From positions 1-12,871 of the forward strand of contig JAQBGU010000214.1 in assembly GCA_032128375.1 (NCBI GenBank): a stretch of 12,871 bases of DNA, given 5' to 3'. Below the pieces are notes generated by a model. The model saw nothing but the letters and a program-made list of their open reading frames with translations, was not told the DNA's origin and ran no database searches. Origin of the DNA: Deltaproteobacteria bacterium (GTDB lineage Bacteria > Myxococcota_A > UBA9160 > SMWR01). Positions 1 to 6,107 of the stretch are shown in pieces; the first letter of the stretch is position 1, and each line of letters starts with the position of its first letter. The translations under genes and the position numbers were made by a program.

Positions 1-257
1 CTCCCAAGGTCCTGTTGCTGGATGAGCCGGCAGCCGGAATGAATCCGCAGGAGTCGCTGGAACTCATGCGCCTGATTCGCTCGATTCGCGACGAATTTCA
101 AATCACGATCCTGCTGGTCGAGCACAACATGAAGGTCGTGATGGGGATCTGCGAGACGGTCCAGGTGATCGACTACGGCGAAGAAATCGCCATCGGCAGC
201 GCCGCCGAGATTCAGAAGAACCCGAAAGTCATCGAGGCCTATCTTGGCGGCGGGTAA
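1..257 (+). CDS. livG: Branched-chain amino acid ABC transporter ATP-binding protein (LivG/BraF type), 3' part only
   Basis: Frame open from position 3: PKVLLLDEPAAGMNPQE (Walker B/D-loop), ILLVEHNMKVVMGIC (H-switch) and the C-terminal PKVIEAYLG signature of LivG/LivF ATPases. TAA at 255-257. Confidence 0.93.
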   Translation, partial: PKVLLLDEPAAGMNPQESLELMRLIRSIRDEFQITILLVEHNMKVVMGICETVQVIDYGEEIAIGSAAEIQKNPKVIEAYLGGG

Positions 258-264
258 CGAGCCG

Positions 265-345
265 ATGCTCGTGCTGCGAGACCTGGCTGTTCTCTCAACA
301 TGCGGGCGCGTACGACACGCTGGTCAGACACGGCAAGACCGGTGA
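265..345 (+). pseudogene. Apparent first codons of livF (MLVLRDLAV), interrupted at about 278-291
   Basis: ATG at 265 lies 7 nt after the livG stop, where livF normally starts. MLVLRDLAV fits the ML-x-h-x-DL-x-V-x-YG start of LivF, but the expected YG and Walker A motif never follow, and the frame stops at TGA 343-345. Confidence 0.5.
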
Positions 346-1288
346 TCCGGAGTGCGTGAGCTGCCACGTCGTCGGATTCGGCCAGCATGGTGGCTTCGAA
401 TCGGCTGCGCCGACAGCAGCGCTGGAAGGTGTCGGATGCGAGAGTTGCCATGGTCGCGGCGGGCCACACTTGTCGCCAGACTTCGTCAAAGACGGCAACT
501 ACGCCAGCGCGTGCGCGACTTGCCACAACCCCGAGCACTCACTCGGTTTCGAGTACGCGACCTTCCGGCCGCGGATCTCGCACGCCGCAAACGCGCACGT
601 CATCAACCTGTCGGTCCCAGAGCGTCAGAAGCTCTTGGCCGAACTCGGAGTACCCCGCGACGTGCTTCCCACCAACGCGAGCTATGTGGGATCTGCGGCC
701 TGTCAGAGCTGCCACGAAAGCGAGCACGCCACTTGGACTGCGAGCCCGCACGCACGGGCCTTCGAGACCTTGGCCCGGGCGGGAGAAGACCAGAACGCGG
801 ACTGTCAGAAATGTCATACGACGGGGTTCGGTCGTGCGGGCGGATTTGCCGGCGAAGCCGCTGCGACTTCGGGTGTCGACCTGGCGCAGGTGGGTTGCGA
901 ATCGTGTCACGGCCCCGGGGGTAACCACGTCGGCGAAGCTGCCACGAAGATCGCAACGATCGTGTCACTCGGCGACAAGTGCGATTCGTGTGTGATCCTG
1001 CAGATCTGCGGCGCCTGTCACGACGACGTCAACGATCCGGGATTCGAATTCGAAGTTCTCGACAAGATCGAAAAACAACGGCATGGCACCATCGAGCCTG
1101 GAACTGGACAACCCCTTCCACCCACGGCGGGAGCCAACTCTCGGACTATCTCTCGGAGCAACTCTCGGACTACTTCTCGGACTACTTCTCGGACTACAGC
1201 CGACCCGATTCACGTCGTCGCTATCGGCGGACCGGGCATCGATCGCGCTCTCGGCCACGCATTCGAGTTACTCGACGAGCGACGCTAG
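278..1288 (+). CDS. Multiheme c-type cytochrome with two tandem c554-like modules, 5'-truncated (no start codon or signal peptide visible)
   Basis: Seven CxxCH motifs (CVSCH at 353-367, CESCH, CATCH, CQSCH, CQKCH, CESCH, CGACH) plus a CDSC. Homology extends upstream of the track's GTG 356: ETWLFSQHAGAYDTL..DPECVSCH aligns with the second module ATWTASPHARAFETL..NADCQKCH. TAG at 1286-1288. Confidence 0.85.
   Translation, partial: ETWLFSQHAGAYDTLVRHGKTGDPECVSCHVVGFGQHGGFESAAPTAALEGVGCESCHGRGGPHLSPDFVKDGNYASACATCHNPEHSLGFEYATFRPRISHAANAHVINLSVPERQKLLAELGVPRDVLPTNASYVGSAACQSCHESEHATWTASPHARAFETLARAGEDQNADCQKCHTTGFGRAGGFAGEAAATSGVDLAQVGCESCHGPGGNHVGEAATKIATIVSLGDKCDSCVILQICGACHDDVNDPGFEFEVLDKIEKQRHGTIEPGTGQPLPPTAGANSRTISRSNSRTTSRTTSRTTADPIHVVAIGGPGIDRALGHAFELLDERR
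1136..1195 (+). repeat. 12-bp in-frame tandem repeat, 5 imperfect copies (core tctcgg), encoding NSRT-ISRS-NSRT-TSRT-TSRT
   Basis: aactctcggact atctctcggagc aactctcggact acttctcggact acttctcggact, read directly from the sequence. Confidence 0.9.
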
Positions 1289-1416
1289 GGCCAGATCATT
1301 TTCTGCGCGCGGGGAAACCTGACCTGGTTCGGGTCAGCAGACGAGCTGGAATATTTCGTTGCCAGCGGCGAACGCACATCCGAGCCGAAGCGCCGGAAGA
1401 CTTGTGGGAATCGAAA

Positions 1417-2199
1417 ATGCAGAATGTGCGGATCGAATCGGGCGATGGGGGCATCCGCACCGTCGTCATCAATCGGGAAGCCAAGCGAAACGCACTCGAC
1501 CGCCTGACCCTCGATGAACTGGAGGTCGCGTTCGACACGCTCGGCGCCGCCGCGGATACCCGAGTCATCGTGCTGCGCGGCGCGGGCAACAACGCATTCT
1601 GCGCGGGTGCCGACCTCAGAGAATTGCTGGGTCACGAATCGATCGAGGCGAGCCGACGCCACTTCGACGGCGTTGCGCGGGTGATCGCTGCGATGCACCG
1701 CGCCGGGCCACCCGTGATCGCTCGGGTAGCCGGTTTCGCTCTGGCCGGTGGCTGCGGGCTGGCCGCGGCGGCAGATTTCACAATCGCGTCGTGCAGTGCG
1801 CGCTTTGGTCTACCCGAGATCGGAATCGGGCTGCTGCCGCTGGTGGTCTCAGCACCGATCTATCGCGCGGTCGGAAGCCGCAAGGTGCTGCTGGATTTGG
1901 TGCTCACCGGTCGCCAGATCGGGGCGGATGAAGCGGTCGAGCTGGGACTCGCGACGCGAGTCGTGGCCGACGATGCGCTCGATGACACGATCGCGCAGTT
2001 GTGTGCCAGGTTGGCGGAGCTGTCGCCCGTGGCGCTTCGCATGGGGAAGGAGGCGGTCTACACTCTGTGTGAGATGGAGTATTCGACTTCCATGCGCTAT
2101 CTGCGCGAGATGATTACGCTTACCAGTCAAACCGCGGATGCCAAAGAGGGCATCGAGGCGTTCTTCGATAAGCGCAAGCCGAACTGGACCGGTCAATGA
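1417..2199 (+). CDS. Enoyl-CoA hydratase/isomerase (crotonase) family protein
   Basis: Motifs NREAKRNAL, AFCAGADL, GFALAGGCGLA, FGLPEIGIG and the C-terminal DAKEGIEAFFDKRKPNWTG. ATG 1417 gives a typical 260-aa protein; the longer track ORF from 979 overlaps the cytochrome gene. Confidence 0.92.
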   Translation: MQNVRIESGDGGIRTVVINREAKRNALDRLTLDELEVAFDTLGAAADTRVIVLRGAGNNAFCAGADLRELLGHESIEASRRHFDGVARVIAAMHRAGPPVIARVAGFALAGGCGLAAAADFTIASCSARFGLPEIGIGLLPLVVSAPIYRAVGSRKVLLDLVLTGRQIGADEAVELGLATRVVADDALDDTIAQLCARLAELSPVALRMGKEAVYTLCEMEYSTSMRYLREMITLTSQTADAKEGIEAFFDKRKPNWTGQ

Positions 2200-2960
2200 G
2201 CGACGAATTCGCCGACTGTGTGGCAAGCGCGCGCGCGCTGGTCGCCGAGTTCGTCGAGGAGGGAATCGAACAGTTCGAACCGTTGTCCGGTGCGCAACTC
2301 GCAGCGCGACCGCAAGCGCCCGAACCGCCGCACTCATCCGAGCCTGCGGCTCCGCCCCCCCACCCGTCCCCACCACCTGTGACGGCGGCGGCGATCACGT
2401 CGCATCTCAGCCTCGCGCAGGTACGCGGCGAACTGGGGGAGTGCACCCGCTGTCGTCTATGCGAGAGTCGCGACCAGATCGTATTCGGCGATGGCAATCC
2501 GAATGCAGCGTTGATGTTCATCGGCGAAGGTCCTGGCCAGGAGGAGGACCGGACCGGGGTCCCGTTTGTCGGCCGAGCCGGCGAGTTACTCACGCGCATG
2601 ATCGAGGGAGGCCTGTCGATCTCGCGCAGCGAGGTCTACATCTGCAACATCGTAAAGTGTCGACCCCCAAAGAACCGGGATCCACGACCCGACGAAGTGG
2701 CGGCCTGCAAACCGTTTCTCGACGGCCAGATCGATGCAGTCCGCCCCAAAGCCATCGTCACTCTCGGGCGGCCCGCCACGAGCCTGCTGCTGGGACGCGA
2801 CGTTTCGATTACACGCATGCGAGGTACCTGGCAGACATACAGGGGAATCCCGCTGATGCCGACCTTCCATCCGGCCTACCTGCTGCGCCAGTACACACCG
2901 GAGAATCGGCGCTGCGTATGGGAAGACCTGAAGGCAGCGCTCGCTCGAAGCTTGGAGTGA
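2196..2960 (+). CDS. Uracil-DNA glycosylase family 4 ([4Fe-4S] type) with Pro/Ala-rich N-terminal linker
   Basis: CTRCRL, FIGEGPGQEEDRTGVPFVGRAG, YICNIVKCRPPKNRDP, C(KPFL) and PTFHPAYLLR. ATGA overlap with the hydratase stop. Confidence 0.95.
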   Translation: MSDEFADCVASARALVAEFVEEGIEQFEPLSGAQLAARPQAPEPPHSSEPAAPPPHPSPPPVTAAAITSHLSLAQVRGELGECTRCRLCESRDQIVFGDGNPNAALMFIGEGPGQEEDRTGVPFVGRAGELLTRMIEGGLSISRSEVYICNIVKCRPPKNRDPRPDEVAACKPFLDGQIDAVRPKAIVTLGRPATSLLLGRDVSITRMRGTWQTYRGIPLMPTFHPAYLLRQYTPENRRCVWEDLKAALARSLE

Positions 2961-2976
2961 TCTACAGAATTACCGA

Positions 2977-3225
2977 GCGGATCGCATTGGACTTCATCTG
3001 GCTGCCGCCGCCGGTTACGGCGCAACAGCCTACTGGGAAGACGTCGCATCCGAGTACCCGGCACTGATCGGCCCCGCTTCTGCGAATTGGAAGCCCTTGG
3101 CCTGGGAACAGAACCAGCACCAGATTGAAGTCCAGACCTCCCACGAGATTGCTCGACGCTTGGAGACCATTCGCGCCATCGTTGCCGATTCACGCGGCGA
3201 GGGCTCAGCAGCCGAACATGACTAG
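2977..3225 (+). pseudogene. C-terminal remnant of an M48-family zinc metallopeptidase (no start, no HExxH)
   Basis: A frame absent from the ORF track reads ADRIGLHLAAAAGYGATAYWEDVASEYPALIG...QTSHEIARRLETIRA...TAG (3223-3225). It resembles the M48 tail pattern EAD-x-x-G-x-x-x-x-x-x-AGY...FW...(T/S)HP-x-x-x-x-R. The frame is closed upstream by TGA at 2929. Confidence 0.6.
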
Positions 3226-3260
3226 AACATGATTGAGAAGTAGCGCGTGCTCGGATGGAT

Positions 3261-3746
3261 TTAGCGCTCAGGTCGCTCGCGAACGGCGGCCGACTGCTCT
3301 TCGCGGAACTTCGCCAGCCTCTCGCGTACCGCCTCGTCTGAGCGCGCGATGATTGCCGCGGAAAACAGCGCCGCATTCTTGGCACCGGCCTTCCCGATCG
3401 CGAACGTCGCAACTGGAATACCGCCGGGCATCTGCACTGTGGCCAAGAGCGCATCCAGCCCCTGCAGCGGCGACCCCTCGAGCGGTACACCCAGTACAGG
3501 CAGCAAAGTCTGCGCCGCCGTCACGCCCGCCAAGTGCGCCGCAGAGCCGGCTCCAGCGATGATCACCTCGATACCGGACGTCTCCGCCTCGCGGATGAAT
3601 CGGACCAGCCGTTCAGGGGTGCGGTGAGCAGAGATGATTCGAACGTCGCTGTCGATCCCGAGCGATGCCAGTGTTTCCTCCGCAGAACGCATCACTGCCC
3701 AATCGCTCTGGCTTCCCATGATGATCGCAACTCTAGCCTCTGCCAC
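3261..3746 (-). CDS. purE: N5-carboxyaminoimidazole ribonucleotide mutase PurE
   Basis: [56 protein letters not shown] and GAKNAA. GTG at 3746 with GGAGG just upstream gives 161 aa. Confidence 0.97.
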   Translation of the reverse strand: MAEARVAIIMGSQSDWAVMRSAEETLASLGIDSDVRIISAHRTPERLVRFIREAETSGIEVIIAGAGSAAHLAGVTAAQTLLPVLGVPLEGSPLQGLDALLATVQMPGGIPVATFAIGKAGAKNAALFSAAIIARSDEAVRERLAKFREEQSAAVRERPER

Positions 3747-3750
3747 GATA

Positions 3751-3758
3751 CTTCCTCC
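3751..3758 (-). promoter_or_regulatory. Shine-Dalgarno site of purE
   Basis: Minus strand GGAGGAAG ends 4 nt before the GTG start. Confidence 0.7.
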
Positions 3759-3804
3759 GATCAGGGGTTCGGCTTGCGTCAAAACGAGGTTGCCTCGCGC
3801 CGCA

Positions 3805-3832
3805 CGAACGTGATTGCGAACGTTGTTGCGAA
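3805..3832. repeat. Imperfect 12-bp tandem repeat (about 2.3 copies) in the divergent purE/aroE intergenic region
   Basis: cgaacgtgattg cgaacgttgttg cgaa. Confidence 0.6.
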
Positions 3833-3919
3833 ATAGGATAGCCTCGTCCGAGCCTTCAGCGCGCACTTCGGTTGCGGCGACGCCAAAGGACCAACCATAC
3901 GGCACAGACGGACAAATCG

Positions 3920-4756
3920 ATGGCGGAGCCGAGACCGATCACCCAGACGACCCAGCTGTGTGGGATTGTGTTGCATCCCGCGGACCACACCCGGTCCCCA
4001 GCCATGCACAATGCGGCGTTTGCCGAGTTGGAAATCGACGCCGCCTACCTCGCGTTCGACGTGGTGGCGTGTGACCTGCCAGCCGCGATCGGCGCAATGC
4101 GCGCGCTGGGTACCCGCCAGCTCGCTGTATCGATTCCACACAAGGAAGCTGCAATCGAGCTGGTCGACCGGGTCGATGAAAAGGCGCGAAAAATCGGCGC
4201 CATCAACACCATTACTCGCCGCGGCGACCAGCTGATAGGCTCGAACACGGATTGGCTCGGTGGCGTTCGGGCGCTAGAGCGGGCCGTGAATCTCGCCGGC
4301 ACCCGGGCGGTCGTGCTCGGTGCTGGAGGTACCGCGCGCGCGCTCGTGTTTGGTTTACTCGAGCGTGGCGCTCGCGTCGCGGTGCTCAACCGAACCGTGA
4401 CTCGGGCGGAAAAACTCGCCCACGAACTCGGTGCCCAGAATGCCGGTTCGTTATCAGACCTGGCCAAGACGCCGTACGACGTTTTGGTCAATGCGACGTC
4501 AGTGGGCCTGCGTTCAGAACGATCGCCGATCGACGCTGCGTGGATTTCACCCGCGACCACCGTAATGGACGTGGTCTACGACCCGCATGAGACGCGGCTA
4601 CTGCGCGACGCAACAGCGCGTGGCGCCCAGACGATCGGCGGCAAGTGGATGCTGGTCTACCAGGCAGCAGAACAGCTGCGTCTGTGGACTGGAAGAGAGG
4701 CACCGATCGATACGATGGCGGCTGCATTCGATGCAGCTGGAGCTGCGGCTCGCTGA
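3920..4756 (+). CDS. aroE: Shikimate dehydrogenase
   Basis: [33 protein letters not shown] (NAD(P)-binding), NRT, NATSVG, DVVYDP and MLVYQA. ATG 3920 gives 278 aa. Confidence 0.95.
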   Translation: MAEPRPITQTTQLCGIVLHPADHTRSPAMHNAAFAELEIDAAYLAFDVVACDLPAAIGAMRALGTRQLAVSIPHKEAAIELVDRVDEKARKIGAINTITRRGDQLIGSNTDWLGGVRALERAVNLAGTRAVVLGAGGTARALVFGLLERGARVAVLNRTVTRAEKLAHELGAQNAGSLSDLAKTPYDVLVNATSVGLRSERSPIDAAWISPATTVMDVVYDPHETRLLRDATARGAQTIGGKWMLVYQAAEQLRLWTGREAPIDTMAAAFDAAGAAAR

Positions 4757-4828
4757 AGCACGCCTGGCTCACCCCCGGCTACTCGCGCGCGCGTGCCCGC
4801 ATGGATACCGCAGACGCCGGACCGCTGG

Positions 4829-4911
4829 TCAGCCCAATGGAGCCCTCAGCCCAATGCAGCCATCAGCCCAATGCAGCCCTCAGCCCAATGGAGCCCTCAG
4901 CCCAATGGGAG
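4829..4911. repeat. 17-bp tandem repeat, about 4.9 copies (tcagcccaatg[g/c]agcc[c/a]), abutting the ferredoxin stop codon
   Basis: Units start at 4829, 4846, 4863, 4880 and 4897 (the last is 15 nt). The fdx stop (tca on + strand) follows at 4912. No spacers. Confidence 0.95.
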
Positions 4912-5265
4912 TCAGGCCGAGAATCCCCACTTCGCCTTGTTCTCCTCGATCTGCTCGGGAGAAGGTTTCGCCTTTTCCTCGACCTCTGGGACGGAGAAAG
5001 AGTCCTTATCACCGAGAATTTTGGCATTGAGGGCCGTGTCGTCCTCGAACACCGCCGGAACCTGTTCGTCTTCGAAGATCGCTTCCCAGGGGCACTCGGG
5101 CTCACACACTCCGCAGTTGATGCACTCTTCCGGATCGATATAGAGCTGGTTCGGAAAGGTCTTCGCGTCGCCGCCATCGTAGACATAGATGCAATCGACT
5201 GGACAGACCTCGACGCATGCTTGATCCACGCAATCGCGACAGAGTCGCGTAATCACCCAAGTCAT
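4912..5265 (-). CDS. fdxA: Ferredoxin, FdxA/Azotobacter FdI-like dicluster type with C-terminal extension
   Basis: [19 protein letters not shown]...[30 protein letters not shown] matches the 7Fe ferredoxin cysteine pattern. Purine-rich RBS (gaggggcaagaag) precedes the ATG. Confidence 0.92.
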   Translation of the reverse strand: MTWVITRLCRDCVDQACVEVCPVDCIYVYDGGDAKTFPNQLYIDPEECINCGVCEPECPWEAIFEDEQVPAVFEDDTALNAKILGDKDSFSVPEVEEKAKPSPEQIEENKAKWGFSA

Positions 5266-5355
5266 CTTCTTGCCCCTCTGGGAGTATTGTCGGCCGAACG
5301 TTGGAGAAACGCTGGTTTCGCGCGGGCCTTACGTTAGCCGGGATACGATTCGCCG

Positions 5356-5526
5356 CTACTTCAGTTTCGTCTCTTTGTAGACAACGTGTTGGCGAACGAC
5401 GGGATCGTACTTCTTCAGCTCGATCTTTCCCGGGGTGTTCGTCTTGTTCTTCACCGTCGTATAAAAGTGGCCGGTCCCGGCGGACGACTCGAGCTTGATT
5501 TTCTCGCGTTTTCCTTTCTTCGCCAT
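5356..5526 (-). CDS. rpmG: 50S ribosomal protein L33, zinc-free (C-) type; 56 aa, missed by the ORF track
   Basis: Manual translation [56 protein letters not shown], closely matching the E. coli-type L33 pattern. No cysteines. Confidence 0.97.
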   Translation of the reverse strand: MAKKGKREKIKLESSAGTGHFYTTVKNKTNTPGKIELKKYDPVVRQHVVYKETKLK

Positions 5527-5534
5527 AACAGTCT

Positions 5535-5867
5535 CTAGCTCCCAGCCGGCTCGGGCACGGCTACGCGACTCTTCGCGAACACGCGCACGCGCTGGCCGCC
5601 CTGCATTTCGATTCGAGTTCGATCCGGCTTGTTCGTCGACGGATCCACCAACATGACGTTGGACGCGTTGATGTAACCCTCGATCTCGACGATTCCGCCC
5701 GCACGTGCACCGCGCCGACCCGGCTTGAGGTGATGCTTTTGAACACGGACCTTGTCGACACGGAGCGTGCCGACGGTCGGCCTTACACTGATCACTTTGC
5801 CTTGCTTGCCGCGATCAGCTCCAGCGACGACCTGTACCAAGTCGCCCTTGCGAATGCGTTGAGCCAC
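5535..5867 (-). CDS. rplX: 50S ribosomal protein L24
   Basis: KOW motif [22 protein letters not shown], then [15 protein letters not shown] and [11 protein letters not shown] at 5867 with GGAGG at 5881-5877 gives 110 aa. Confidence 0.93.
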   Translation of the reverse strand: MAQRIRKGDLVQVVAGADRGKQGKVISVRPTVGTLRVDKVRVQKHHLKPGRRGARAGGIVEIEGYINASNVMLVDPSTNKPDRTRIEMQGGQRVRVFAKSRVAVPEPAGS

Positions 5868-5949
5868 GAAACTGAACCTCCAGACGAGTGGTGTGCGGCT
5901 GTTGGGCGCACGATGTTTCGAACCTGCCACCGTCGAGGTGGGAGGCGGA

Positions 5950-6006
5950 ATGAGTGCGCCAGAGCACGTTAACAGTCAACCCCTCCCCGCGGGAATTTCA
6001 AAAAAA
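5950..6006 (-). promoter_or_regulatory. Possible sigma70-type promoter for rplX-rpmG
   Basis: Minus strand TTGACT at 5979-5974 with a T-tract (ttttttgaaa) upstream. The -10 element is poor (cactcat), so this is tentative. Confidence 0.3.
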
Positions 6007-6107
6007 TCGCGCAATTCATGCGCCTCGGTGGCAGCAGGGGATATTCCTGGGGGCCCACGGTACGGTAGTTCACGCTGAGCGGCGAACAGGGTCGGAGGTT
6101 GCGTCGA

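Noticed and set aside
1319..1376. Two short hairpins (ctgacc/ggtcag and gctgg/ccagc) as a terminator or riboswitch
   Set aside because: The stems are only 5-6 bp, there is no U-tract, and I recognise no riboswitch consensus.
979..1416. N-terminal extension of the enoyl-CoA hydratase in the 406-aa track ORF
   Set aside because: It overlaps the cytochrome gene in another frame and reads as low-quality sequence. Crotonase similarity starts at ATG 1417.
2957..3067. Short ORF MIYRITERIALDFIW... overlapping the UDG stop (GTGA)
   Set aside because: No recognisable motif, and the alternative frame carries the M48-like signal.
3747..3919. Longer starts for purE (3905) and aroE (3872)
   Set aside because: They would overlap each other and remove the divergent promoter region. 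Family lengths and the purE RBS favour 3746 and 3920.
4829..4911. CRISPR array
   Set aside because: Units are 17 bp and directly adjacent with no unique spacers, and there are no cas genes in the window.
5940..6060. Zur box or sigma54 promoter upstream of rplX-rpmG
   Set aside because: No convincing Zur-type palindrome, and the tggcgc-N5-ttcc candidate lacks the conserved -12 GC.
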